The notes beneath the pieces are model-generated. The model did no database searches. It had not been told where the DNA came from and worked only from the letters and a program-made list of their open reading frames with translations. Positions 36,809 to 50,020 of a stretch of DNA of 64,000 nt are shown piece by piece. The DNA is taken from NCBI GenBank assembly GCA_964016885.1, contig OZ024741.1:112592001-112656000 (forward strand). Direction: 5' to 3'. Position 1 is the first letter of the stretch, and each line of letters begins with the position of its first letter. The stretch comes from Eledone cirrhosa. Lineage: Eukaryota. The translations under genes and the position numbers were made by a program.

Positions 36809-37188
36809 TTAATTCTCTTGACAAAATTCAAGTTAGTCACTAACAAAGTGACAAGTTTTCTTTTTCATCATTTCATTTGACTGAGTGGTTAGAGCACCTG
36901 ACAAACTCCTATCAGTATTAGTTCAAACTCAGCTCTTTGTGTTCTGAGTTCAAATCCTGCTGAAATCAACTTTGCCTTTCATTCTTCTACTGTTTATAAA
37001 ATAATCTGCCAATCAATTGTTGGGATAGATTTATTGAAAATCTCCCTCTTCCAAAACTGTTGATATTAGAGACCATTGTTTTCTTTGAGTAAACACAGTT
37101 CCAGATATCTGTGAATAAGTGTGAGTTAATGTGTGCATACATATGGGAGCTGGATTCTAACACATAGACTCTTTTATTAGAATTTAGA

Positions 37189-37850
37189 CATCATCATCAT
37201 CATCATTTAACATCCATCTTCCATGCTAGCATGGGTAGGACAAGTTGATCCTTAGGGAGAAAATTAGGTCAGAAGACCATGTTTAGCTCAGCCAGTGCAT
37301 ATTTTAGTTTGGTTTCTACAGCTGAATGCCCTTCCTAACATTAACCACATTTAAAGTGTGTGCTGGGTGCTTTTTGTTGTGTCACCTACACGACCACTTT
37401 ACAGTGTGGACTGGGCACTTTTGTCTTGGAACTAGGGAGGGGGAAGGAAGCTTGGAGAAATTGCAGACATAGGTAATAGGGGAGGGATGGTTACTGCAAA
37501 GGGAGATGTATGGGAGGGGAGAAGGTTGAGGAAGATGTTGCCTACTAGATATAAGCCTCAGCCCGAGAATAATAGAGGGTGGGTCTTCTGCAACACCCCA
37601 TAGCACAATTACCCCTCACCAAGGCAATGGCCTTGGTGAAGAGTAATTTTGCAAGGTCAGCTTTTATTACCTCATCCCAAGTCTTCCTAGTCCTGCCCAC
37701 TCCATGGCTACCATCAACTTTGAGTGCTCTGCGTCTTTTTATACAGCTGTCATCCTCCATACCAATGCAATCTCTTCTCCTGCATGAAACAACTGATCCC
37801 TATTATGTCTAATATCTCATGCAGTACATTTATACTTTGTCGTTCACATA
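37189..37850 (-). mobile_element. Older RTE 3' end
   Basis: ORF 37545-37760 reads EDDSCIKRRRALKVDGSHGVGRTRKTWDE; 3' UTR module and (CAT)n tail. Confidence 0.8.
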
Positions 37851-37989
37851 TATCTAGATAATTATATATGTCAGTGTTTTTTATAAGCAACTATACGTAG
37901 ATTCCAGTGTTTATATAGGTCTGTAATGATTTGAGTTATATGTACTCATATACATGTTTCTTTTTCTAAACATGTGTACATGCAATTAT

Positions 37990-39340
37990 TATATACTAAA
38001 TATCTGGAATGTTTTACATATCTGTATATTTCGATTAAATCATTATACTTGCAATCTCCTAATTAGCCATGCTATTTCTGGTTCTGAGAAGTCCAGCTTC
38101 TTAAGGTTTGTGTTGAGGCAGTTAATAACATATCCAAGTGCCCCAATCATTGCAGGGTGAGGTATTTGCAAATTCCTTATTATATTGGCATAAATATTCT
38201 CTTTTCTGCTAATCTTTATCATAACATCTACTTGGCAGCAGATTCTCACTACTCTGCATGTCTGTTATGTTTACATTTTATTGGTACTTTGACTGGAACA
38301 TTTCACCAATACTTTTATATTATGTGTGCATATGCCTTCTACATCAATGTAACTTTTTACATTTTAATCATCATCTATAATATTTTGCTTGCATCAAAAT
38401 CTTTTGAGCATCAAGTATTTGATTGAAAAATCATATTCTTCAAAATGAGAGCTAGACAGACTCCTTTGGTCATCTATATTACCCTTCCATTGAAGTTTTC
38501 TGACAACATAGCCATGCATGACTTTCTGTTGATAAGCATACAGCTTTTCATCTGCTAATTTGATGGGGTAATACTGTGCAATTCCCCTCTGTGAGTGTTT
38601 TTCAGGGAGTATTTCTCAAGAAGCTCATTCCTGATTCTCATGATGTGATTTACCTTATGTAGACAGTTTTGTTCTATAGAAGGACTTCTATGCTTGGGAA
38701 TTAGTAGATGTTGTCAAATGGATATGATGCGAAATTCAAAAGCTATTTGGTGCCCTACTTCCCTGTTTACATTTTGGGTAGAGGTTGTTAATGTCACTGT
38801 TGATGTGAAAATTTCCAGTTCAGTCAAGTCGTCCAAATGTTAGTATTAGTACAAGTACAACAAACACACTGTGGGCCATTGGGTTATGGTATGCAGATAG
38901 TTTCATATTTTTTTTACCTGGGTTTTATATTCCTTAGTTACACATTCCTTGTTACAAATTCCATCATAGGATATATTTTTATCAGTCCTTAACTATCTGT
39001 AGCATTCCTTGTCAGATACAAATAAAACAATCTGGCCATTGATAGAGATGTTGCTAGACTTGCTTGTAGTTTTCCTTTTTCTTATTTTACAATCATTTAG
39101 AAACATGTATATTGACCAAAATCCAGACCTATACTTTTTCAGAATGTCATAACCAGGTCAAGGTATTTTTTCATATTATTTATATTCTTGGCATAGACTT
39201 TCAGATCATCGATGAAGAAAATATGAGTTAGATTAGTGTTTTTAACCTCCTGTGAACCAATTACATGCCCTTCATATTTCCTCAGCATAAAGGACAATAG
39301 GTTTAGTGATGGTAAAATAGCATCACAAAAACGTCCTGAA
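37990..39340 (-). pseudogene. Highly degenerate R4/Dong-like (RLE-type) non-LTR retrotransposon
   Basis: Minus-strand pieces: THIFFIDDLKVYAK (~39200), SIGLDFG (~39130), TGNFHINSDINNLYPK (~38790) and MIGALGYV...LKKL (38043-38249). Confidence 0.65.
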
Positions 39341-40748
39341 GTATTTTTGTTTTGAAAGAGTGCTCACCCAAAATGATCTGAAGCCTCCCCTCTCTGATCA
39401 CCAGTGTTTGGTGACAGGTCTGCAGGAGGTTGACCTCTTTATGATCCCTATCCCATAGAATAATATGTGTTTATACAGGATTGCAATTTTTATTGGAGTG
39501 TTACACTAGTATTCCTTTCTTTTAAAGGTGGGGCTATAATCTGGCTCTGGTGTGTCTTTGGTATGGCTATCAGGACATTCCATCTTTCTAATGTCTTCAT
39601 CCATTGCTCTTGTGGTAAATGAAAAACATAATTATCATTATTGTTGTTTTTCAACCCTTTATGTTCCGAGTTCAAATCCCGCCAAGGTCAACTTTCATCC
39701 TTCTGGGATCAATAATATAAAGTACCAGTCAAACACTGGTGCAACATAGCCTTGTGATTATGCTAGAAATATATTATTATTATTATTGTCACTCTAATAG
39801 AAATCATTATCATCACCATCGTAATGATTATCACACTGAAAATAGATCAAATGAAAACAAATAATGTTAAAATATGGCTAAATGCATTTGCCAGGCTGTT
39901 TTTCCCAGTCTTCTTGAGGACAATTTCCCAAATATGTGAAGCATATCATCATCAAAGTAAAAGCTTTTCTTAAAAACAAATAGATTGTGATGCCTCATTT
40001 TAATTTAAATTATTGCTAAATCAAGGCTTTTATGATGACTATGTTAGCAATATGGCTGAAGAAATTATGTGCAAAGAGTTTTGTTGAGTAATCAACATTA
40101 TCTCCTTCATTACCATATTACTAATAAAAGACACTAAGAATGATTTTCAAATAATTTTGGAAATACTCAAGAATTTGCAGGAATTTAGTAATATACTTTA
40201 CTATAACTTATATATATACTTTAATATAACTTTAACATTATTAACCATTTCATTACCACATTTCTAAGGAACGAAATTACCAATTATTTTCAAATAATTT
40301 TGGAAATAATGAAAGGTTTAGGAAGAATTTAGTAATATAATTCACCTCCTTATTATTAAGCTTTTTATTACCTTGTTTTCAATGAAAGATACTGCCTATA
40401 ACATTCAAATAATTTTGGAATAAGAGTTTAAATGGGTTATTAGAATAACTAACTTCCTCATTATTAAACTAATGTTTGAAACACCTGGTCACAACATATA
40501 GTTAGAATAGAATGTTTTATAAACACTTTAAAACAAATGATTTTATATCTTAGCTACAGGGATGATTTCATACGATTTGGTATCAAAAGCATTAGTTTGG
40601 TGTTTAAGCGTAACTTAAAGGTTTTTATATAAAATTATAATGGAAGGTTTCTAGATGGCTACAAATCTTTAAGATAAAGAGCTTAGGGTTTGTTTCAATC
40701 AGTTTGAAATCGAAAGAGTCAAGCTGAAATACAGAGTGTTGCAATAAT

Positions 40749-40932
40749 TGTTTCTACTTTATGCACAAGGCCAGCAATTACCCAGTGCATTACTGGTACT
40801 TTATTTTATCGACCCCGTAAGGATGAAAGGCAATGTTAACCTCGGTGGGATTTGAACTCAGATCGTAAAGGGACGTAACTATGCTGGAGAGCATGGCGTC
40901 CGACCCTCTACCAATACTGCCAATCCACCGCC
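40749..40932 (-). mobile_element. Family-A SINE with 17 bp TSD
   Basis: TSD cagagtgttgcaataat at 40732-40748 and 40933-40949. Confidence 0.92.
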
Positions 40933-42139
40933 CAGAGTGTTGCAATAATAAATACCAAGGTTGGGATAATCTATTAGGTACTCTATTATCATTGTTGTAC
41001 CATTTCCCTGCAATGTATACTTATTTTCGTATTCTCGTTTTTCTTTCTTTTCCTTTTTTCCACTCACATTCTTACTTTCATAAACAAACATACATACACA
41101 TTCACATGCACACTTACACAAAGATAGGCTAAAATGTATACACAGTTGAGTGAATAATGGAATCCTTATCATTGAAACTGACATGATCCATCTATCAGTG
41201 GTAATTTAAATAGTAATGTAGGTTATGAAACCAGTGATGATGATCATAATGTTGAAGATATTAATGGTTGAAATTGGTAATATGAATGTTGTATGAATTC
41301 AATAAAACATATTTGATCTGAAAAACTCATAATATAGGTGCAGGCATGGCTGTGTCGTTTACAAAGTTTGTTTCACAATCACGTGGTTTTGAAAAATGGC
41401 TTCTACAATAGCCTTGGGTTGACCAGTGACTAATGAAATTTGGTAGATGAACATTGTGTGGAAGTTTGTTGCCTATATATACATGTGTGTGCATGTAAAT
41501 ATGTATGTGAATATCTGTCTGTGCTTACATATACTGTTTGTTTATATTTAATAACTTAGCAGTTTGACAAAAACGAGATTGATAAAATAAGTACCAGACT
41601 TGAAAAAAAGTACTTGAGTTGATACGGTAAACTAAATACCTTCAAGGCAGTGGCCTGTCGTAGTTGCTGTCTAATGGCTGAAACCAATAAAAGATAAATA
41701 ATAAAAAGTAATGTATATAAGAATATATTTTCATGATTCATATTTTCATAAGTTTTTCTTTCTGTCTGACTTTCTGAAAACCTCATTTCTTTCTTTTTTT
41801 TTCTGAATGTCTTCTGACCTCTTCTTTTATCACTCAACCACCGACGTCTCTATGTTTGGATGTCTGTAACATGTTGTCTGAATTTTTTATGTTTCTCAGG
41901 TGAGTTCAATAGGTTTTTCACTGTTTCAGCTGAATGAAAAGTTTAAAATATAATTGGAAATATATATATAATAGAAAGCTTGTAAACAAGTAGAATTGAA
42001 TTCTTTGCTTTTTCGATGTAAAGTAGAATAAAAAAGTTAGTTCAATTAATCTTCTAAATGTTATTGCTCTGTATATGTATTTTGCTGATTGAAAGCATGA
42101 TGCTGGCTACGTTTTGTGCTCAAAACGGTGGAAAACAAA

Positions 42140-42520
42140 TACATATAAGGGGTTGCTCTGAAGAACAGGCTGGAAAACGTTTTGACGACAAAGGCATTTG
42201 TTTATTCTATGAGAAAATGGTAGATTGTATGATACCTGTGTGAGAATTGTAATACTACATTGCAGTAAGACATTGGCAGTAAATGCAGAGAATATATGAA
42301 GGTTGAAGAGAAATGAAATGAACAGGCTTTGTTGAATGAATAATAGGGACTGAACATGATGAGAGAAAAGCTAAGAGGAATCAAATGAAGTGTGTACTGG
42401 GGTAGACTTGTGATGCATATGAATGGTGAATGCTGGATGAAGAAGTGCCAGGTGATGCCAATTGAAGGATGCTGTAGTAGAGGATAACTGAGAAAACCTG
42501 GGCATAGGTGGCTAGAGCTG
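42140..42520 (+). pseudogene. Very old RTE C-terminal fragment
   Basis: GCSE, GRLYDTCVR and RLKRNE remnants with stops. Confidence 0.55.
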
Positions 42521-42554
42521 ATCTCAATATGGTAGATCTTGCAGTAGAGATAAT

Positions 42555-42738
42555 TGTTTCTACTTTAGGCACAAGGCCAGCAATTACCCAGTGCATTACT
42601 AGTACTTTATTTTATCGACCCCGTAAGGATGAAAGGCAAAGTCAACCTCGGCGGGATTTGAACTCAGATCGTAAAGGGACGTAACTATGCTGGAAAGCAT
42701 AGTGTCCGACCCTCTACCGATACTGCCAATCCACTGCC
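42555..42738 (-). mobile_element. Family-A SINE with 17 bp TSD
   Basis: TSD cttgcagtagagataat at 42538-42554 and 42739-42755; nearly identical to 40749-40932. Confidence 0.92.
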
Positions 42739-42849
42739 CTTGCAGTAGAGATAATGAAGGAATGCTATGACTGAATGGAGGCGGTGCAGGGAAAGACTCT
42801 AGAGGGAAAACTGGACAAAAAAATGAGGATGAGGATATATGCAACACTG

Positions 42850-44075
42850 TCAGAAAACCAGCCAGCCACTTGATCACCTATAAGCCAGGTGAGCATACAG
42901 GCCAGATTTTATTCTAACCAGAAGTTGAGATAGACTCTTGTTCTTAAAGTCACTTACTGGAGAGGAATGCACCTCTAAACATATACTGCATATGAGCTAC
43001 ATCATGAGAACCAAATATATGAGTGTCCCAGATTGCAAAGCAGTGTGCTAAAAGAAATCAAGATGCTGTTGGGAAGAAGGGCATCCAAAATTTCAATGGC
43101 ACATTTGCCTTCACCTAAAAAGAAAGAAACCAAGAAATACTATTATGAGAGACTGTTAAATGAGGAAAATACTTGGGAGCAGAAAGGTCTACTCCAGGTA
43201 TACTCAACAGAGTGACTGACATTTCAAGTTAACAGCAGTATGGTAGATATGGCAATTGAGGATTTAAGGATAGACAAAGCATCTAGACCATCTCAGATAT
43301 TGAAAGCATCTGGGAGTGTATAATATATCAGGTCATAAAGGAAGGTGTCATATGCAATGGCAGATGTAGAAGCCTCATTGTCAACTGTTACAAGAGCAAA
43401 GGAGATGCACTAGACAGGGAACATTTTAGAGGCATCAAGTTGATGGACCAGGCCATGAAAGTTACAGAAAGAGATATAACACAACTAATCAAGGTTTTAA
43501 GTTAGACGAGATGCAGTTTGGCTTTGTGCCAGGTAGAAGTACAACTGATGTTGTCTTCCTTGTGAAACAACTGCACAGGAAGTACTTAGAAAAGAATAAG
43601 ACTCTCTACTTAGCATTTGTTGACTTGGAGAAAGCTTTTGAGAGTGTATCGTGCTCCATAATCTGATGACCATTTAGAAAACTAGGGATAAATGAGTTGC
43701 TTGTGAGGGCTGTACAAACTATATACAGAGGTGCAGTCAGTAAAGGTAGAGTTAGCAATGAATATACTTAGTGTTTAGCATGCAGGTGGGTGTTCACCAG
43801 GTCTCTGTTATCAGCTTCTTTCTGTTTATTATAGTCATCCAGGTCACACAGAGAGTTTTATAATTGGATGCCCATGGGGAACCTGATATGCAGATGATTT
43901 ATTGCTCATAGTTGAATCTGTAGATGAATTAAAGAAGAATCAAAAGGTCTTAATGTCAACTTAGTTAAGACTAAAGTCCTGGTAAGTAGGAAAGATGACT
44001 GGGTCTTCATCTCATCAAGGATTTGGCCATGCTCAATATGGAAAAAAAGGAGTTGGTAGAAATTACATACAATAC
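42850..44075 (+). pseudogene. Degenerate RTE (APE end to RT, ending in the Cys finger)
   Basis: RKPASHLITYK, NCYKSKGDALDR, EMQFGFVPG, FVDLEKAF, YADD and WPCS remnants with many stops and frameshifts. Confidence 0.85.
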
Positions 44076-45606
44076 ATTTTATAATTCAGTGTTTTCTAAA
44101 CACTTTTGATATTCAAGAAATGTTTTATTTTTAGGAATCTCTCATAAATATCCTCCTTCGCTCTTTCATCTCCAGTTTCCTATTATATTTCCTTATCTCC
44201 CTTTTTACCTGTGATAAAAGATGAATGGGTGAAACTTGGGCTCACTATCTCCTACATCACAGAGATTACATTATAGCATAGGTATTCATGTAAAAACAAC
44301 AGCCCCAAAGCTAAATTCTTCTTTCTCTTGGATGAGAAAATAATTTAATTCTCAACAATTCCCGGGGTCTCTACCAGCCATACACATCTAATCCATACAC
44401 GAGTATTGTTCTTTAATCTGAAATAATTCAAGGATTTTGGCACCTTCTTAACTTCCAAAGTAAAAACATGATACATGTTCACATCAAATATGTATGTGCT
44501 GGATTCTGTTGTTTTCAAAGTTGTGTTTTGTTTCAGTTAGAGATACATCTGTCCACAACATTCCACATTTATCATGTGTTCATTAATCTTATCTTCCTTT
44601 ATGCCTACAAGACATACATATACCATAAGCTTCCTACTAAATGCTTCACCCACTTTGTTCTTCTGACCTTCAACATACACATTTACTGCTCTTATATCCA
44701 AGTTGAACATCAACTAGATTAACCCCGCCGATCTCAAATAACCTATAGATGCTGTAAACATGGCTTTGTTTCTTCTGAGTGCAAAATTATATGAAAGATG
44801 TTTTTTTATTTCTACCTCTTTAATTTTTTTCTCCTACACAACCTAATTTTTGCCTGAGCAAAATTAGAAACTATTAGGATGCTGTATATATAAAGATTAA
44901 ATGCTTATATATATATAAAGATTAAATGATTTAAAACCTCCTTTTGTCATCTTAATTTGTTTATATGCTCTGTGTTAAATATGCAACTGTTCTTCTGCCG
45001 TCAAATTCTCTACACTATATTCCTATGTGTATAAATACATTGTGCTTAAATCTTCTCACTCACAATTTCTCTTTAAATAACTATATATACATATGTATAC
45101 ACATACTCACACACACTCATATATATAGGTGTGTGTATGTATAAATCTACATATACCTGTGTGTTCATATGTAACCATATAGTCACTTCTTATTTGTGTT
45201 ATATATATATATGTATATATAACTTTCTCCTGACCATATCTTTAATTAAATACATTCTATTGTAATTAATGAAAAAATTTGAACGGATTTCTGAAAATTA
45301 TTACTTATGTCAGTACTGAGATAGTAACTTAACTCATGATACTTACACAAAATTATGTTAGAAGGTTTTAATTTAAATAAGATCCCTTTGAAATATGTTT
45401 TGTTTCATAGAACTAGAACCAATTTTGGTTGACTTGGTATCAAAAAGGTTGAACACAGATTTGGTCTCACAAGCATACCTTTAGGCACTCATGCATACGT
45501 ATATAAACACAGACTTAACCGAAGTCTATATTCACACAAGACAAGATCGTAGTTTCTACAGTAATGAATATACAAAACTATACAATACATCTTATTGATG
45601 CACATA

Positions 45607-46469
45607 CGAGGTGGTATCAAAATGTTTCCAGACTAGTTCTGAAGCATGTCAACAGATTACAACACATAGTTGCATGCACAGTGAGAGCTAGCAGTGACCT
45701 CCATGCAAGTTGTGAAATTTGTGTTTTTGTGATCATGTGTATGATGTAGCCTGCGATTTTGTCATGAGCAGGAAGTTGGAAGAAAGAGCCAACATGAAAT
45801 TTTGCATTCAACATTGAGCATGCTTCAGCAAGCTTACAGTGATGAGGCAGCACTCGACACAGTAGAAAATCCCTTACTTTCCATGACCGAAGAAGGTATG
45901 ACAGAGCCGCAGCTCAATCAAGAGCATGCTCACCATTTTTTTCACTCAACATCTGCAGTATTGTGCATCGGGAATTTGCCTCCCTCCCCCCACTAGAGCC
46001 AGACTGTCAATCAAGAGTTCTACTGCAACATTTTGAGGTGTTTGAAGGAGGATGTTCGGTGAAAGCGACCGGATCTGTGGAGCACAAAGAATTGGGTTCT
46101 TCATGATGACAATGCACCCTGTTACCGAGATCTCATTTGTGAGTTTTTAACCTAAAACAACATTGTATCGCTTCTGCACCGACCTTATTCGCTAGTTTTA
46201 GCACCAACTTCCATCTTTTCTCGAAGCTGAAAATGCAGCTGAAAGGTTGCCGCTAATACTGTTGCCAAGATCTGGAGCAAATCGCAGAAGGTCCTTGACT
46301 CACTTACGGAAAACAACTTCCAGGCCGGATTCCAAATGTGGCATGAACGCTGGGACTGGTGTATTGCTGTGCAAGGTGACTATTTCAAAGGAGATGATGT
46401 TAAAACTGGGGTAAATATATTAGTTTTTTTTAAACATAACTAATCTGGGAACGTTTTGATACCACCTTG
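45607..46469 (+). mobile_element. Internally deleted mariner (IS630-Tc1-mariner) transposon
   Basis: 30 bp TIRs cgaggtggtatcaaaatgtttccagactag / ctaatctgggaacgttttgataccaccttg with TA on both sides; remnants EERANMKFC, LHDDNAP, PYSLVLAP, FHLFSKLK and QGDYF. Confidence 0.92.
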
Positions 46470-46674
46470 TATACGTCTACACATACATTCATTGTAACAC
46501 ACCTTCTATATAGTTGTACATACATACATACATGTATGTATGTGCATTATATATGTAAGTCTGTGCATATGTTTGTATGATATTATGTTTTACATATGTA
46601 AGGCTGTACATATGCATGTTTATATGTATGTACGTTATATATGTAAGTCTGTGCATATGTTTGTATGATATTAG

Positions 46675-46860
46675 TAGATCGGCAGAATTGGTAGAGGGTC
46701 GGACGCCATGCTTTGCAGCATAGAGTTATGCCGCTTTACGATTCGAATTTAAATCCCACCGAGGTTAACATTGCCTTTCATCCTTATGGGGTCGATAAAA
46801 TAAAGTACCAGTATTGGACTGGGATAATTGCTGGCCTTGTGCCAAAAGTAGAAACAATTA
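46675..46860 (+). mobile_element. Family-A SINE
   Basis: ggcagaattggtagag, aaatcccaccgagg, gtcgataaaataaagtaccag. Confidence 0.85.
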
Positions 46861-47049
46861 TGTTTTACATACATATATGAGTGTATATTTGTATGTATGT
46901 ATATCATATATGTATTACACATATGCATACATGTATATGTTATATATATATAAGCCTCTATATATGTATGTGTACATTTTGACATTAACCATTTACAACC
47001 TGAGCCTCTGTTCCAAAATGCACTATCCAACGAATTCCCAATTATAAGG

Positions 47050-47230
47050 CAGTAGTAACAACAAAAACAACAGCAACATGATCAACAATAACAACAAGAA
47101 CAAGAGCAGCAGCAGCAACAACAACAACAACATCAACAGTAGCAGCAGCAACAATAGCAGTAGCAGCAATAGCAACAACAGCAACACCACCACCACCAAC
47201 AACAACAACAATAACAACAAAAACAATAAA
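47050..47230. repeat. (CAA)/(CAG) microsatellite
   Basis: Direct reading. Confidence 0.9.
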
Positions 47231-48138
47231 ATGATCTAACCAAGAGATGAGGCATTCAATTCCCAGTTGTTGCCAAGAATTGAAATGATTTATGTTCAAA
47301 TGCTTTTGTAGTTATTTTTCATATTTTTAAAAACTCCATTTCACACCTAATTAAAAACTCATACTTCAGTATACACAGAGGCAGGCATGAATATGTTTAT
47401 AAGTGGCAGACATGAGAGCGTTTTATTTTATTTCACTCTTTACATGACAGTATTAATTATAGCTATTGTTGTTCATGTTTACCATTATTAGAATACATAC
47501 ATGAAAATAATGTGGATTGGCAGAATTGTTAGAATATCAGATAAATGTTTAGAAGTGTTTGTTTTGTCTCTTCATATTCTTTATTCAAATCCTTCTGAGG
47601 TCAACTTTGTTTTTCATCCTTCCAAGGCCACTAACTTAAAGTACTAGTTAAGAACTGGGGTGGGTTTAATTGACTTCTCCTCCCTCCAAGTTGCTGGCCA
47701 ATACTAGAACTCAATATTATAATACATACTAAAAGAAAGGTAGTTTGGAATCTTCCTGGGAGAGCTATACAAGCTGAATGTACAAATAAGTTTAACTTCT
47801 TTGTAGTACGATCAGAAGCATAACATGAAGGTGGTGATGGTGATTGGGGATGTCATAGTAACCTTCACACTCTTGGGTGCAGGTGTGACAATGTGTAAAA
47901 TTTCTACTGGTCTGTTAAGAGGAGGCACCAAAATGCATTGGTTTTCAGGTGTTCAGAAAGCTTGCTACACTACTATGTAAGATATCTCCTTATGTTAGTT
48001 ATGTTGCAAAAAGATGCAGTTGCTGTGAACGTTTTCATTGCCATATTTTAAATAAAGGATATTGCATATGATTTTCAGTTAATTTCCAAAATAATCAAGA
48101 ATGTGGAAAGATTTAGTAAAATAATTATGTTTCGCATT

Positions 48139-48839
48139 AGTCATGGGCAGTTTCAGGTGGTTTGGGATTAAATAGGTTGAATATATCTAACTCAATCCTA
48201 TTTCTTTTTTCTTGGGAAAATTGCTTTTATAACTTTCCTATGGCTGTATATTCAACAGTGAAGAGTTATAACATGAAATGTGTTCATCATGCAAACTGGA
48301 ACAAACAAAACTATACTCAGATGTTCAACACAAGAATAACAGTATGATTTGTAAAGTGTTCTTATTCATAGAAAAACCTTCCCTTGTAATTTTATGTAAA
48401 AACGTTGGTTAGGTCATGTTTCAAAGATTAACTTAATAATTGTTTCTATGCTTGGCACAAGGCCAGCAATTACCCAGTGCATTACTGGTACTTTAATGCA
48501 CTGGGTAATTGCTGGCCTTGTGCCAAACGTAGAAACAATTATTAAGTTAATCTTTGAAACATGACCTAACCAACGTTTTTACATAAAATTACAAGGGAAG
48601 GTTTTTCTATAAATAAGAACACATTACAAATCATACTGTTATTCTTGTGTTGAACATCTGAGTATAGTTTTGTTTGCTCCAGTTTGCATGATGAACACAT
48701 TTCATGTTATAACTCTTCACTGTTGAATATACAGCCATAGGAAAGTTATAAAAGCAACTTTCCCAAGAAAAAAGAAATAGGATTGAGTTAGATATATTCA
48801 ACCTATTTAATCCCAAACCACCTGAAACTACCCATGACT
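48139..48839. repeat. 701 bp quasi-palindrome (346 bp arms, 9 bp spacer)
   Basis: Arms at 48139-48484 and 48494-48839 with about 7 mismatches; mirror ORFs 48162-48347(+) and 48631-48816(-). Confidence 0.95.
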
Positions 48840-49049
48840 CTATGAAACAGTACTCTATATTTTAAAATGTTTATATTTATTTCAAGATATTTCATCATAA
48901 TTTTATGTAAGAACTTTTAAGCTATGTCCCAAACACCAGTTTAACAAGGAAAACATTTGTGTTACTAAATCCCTCAAAATTCTTGATTATTTTCAAAATG
49001 ATTTGAAAATAAGAGCGTGTCTTTTATTATAATTATGGCAATAAAAGGG
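48802..49049 (+). mobile_element. piggyBac-like MITE
   Basis: Ends tatggcaataaaaggg|TTAA; body matches 53350-53603. Confidence 0.6.
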
Positions 49050-49759
49050 TTAAAAGTGAACAAATTTTCTTTTCTATTTTGGCCATTTGTAATTTAGTTT
49101 AGAATAGTGAGTTTGTTGATGTTTTTAAACAGAGCATTAGTGTTGGCACACAAACTAAATATAAAATATACCAAAAGGATTTCTAATTTATGCACAAAAC
49201 CAGCAATTTGTTGAGTGGGGAAAGTAATTATAATACTCTAGTATTTTGCTGGTGTTAAATTTAATGAACCTGAGAAGGATGAAAGGTAAAAATTATCTCA
49301 GTAGGATTTGAACTCAGAATGTAAAGGGTCGTAACTAAATTGTGCAAAACAATTTGTCTGATGCTGTACTGATTTTGCCAATCTGCCACCCTAAAAAATA
49401 CAAGAATCAAAAGTGACTTGAGTTCACATTTTATATGTTGAATATTCACTCTGCAGTAAACATTTCCATTTTCCAAACTTATATCTTTAATGCTAGTAAG
49501 TAATAAATTCATAGATATTTTATTACATAAAGTAAAGATCTAAGTTACTTTCTCCATAATCGTAGCTTCTGGTCTATCATTTGAAAGTTTAACCATTTTG
49601 ATGTCAAAATGCCTGCAACAGCCCTTAGTTCTATGATAAAAACCTGCTTGTATTAATGCTTTTATATTTATCTAAAAACCTTCCATCAAAATTCTATATA
49701 AGAAATGTTAAGCTGTGCTCCAAACACCTTCTGTTTTAGTTTCTTTGTATTTTGGTTAT

Positions 49760-50020
49760 GTTTGTGACAAGGGAAAAAGCACCCAGTCCACCTTGTAATG
49801 TGGTCCTGCTGATGACATAAAAAAGCACCCAGTCCACTATACCAGATGGTCATTTTGGTGCCATGATAAAAAGTATCCATCCACCTAGTAATGTGGTTGG
49901 TGTTAGAAAGAGCATCCAGCCATAGAAACACAGCCAAAATACAGATCCATATGAGCAAAACGTGGTCACCTGTCCAGACTTGACTCATAATGTGACAAGT
50001 TGTTCAACCCATGCAAATGT
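49760..50020 (+). mobile_element. RTE 3' UTR / SINE-B body fragment with repeated submodule
   Basis: aaaaagcacccagtccac repeated, then tggttggtgttagaaagagcatccagc. Confidence 0.6.

Noticed and set aside
48162-48816. Twin 61 aa ORFs suggesting a duplicated small gene
   Set aside because: They start at a non-ATG codon inside a MITE end and simply mirror the palindrome.
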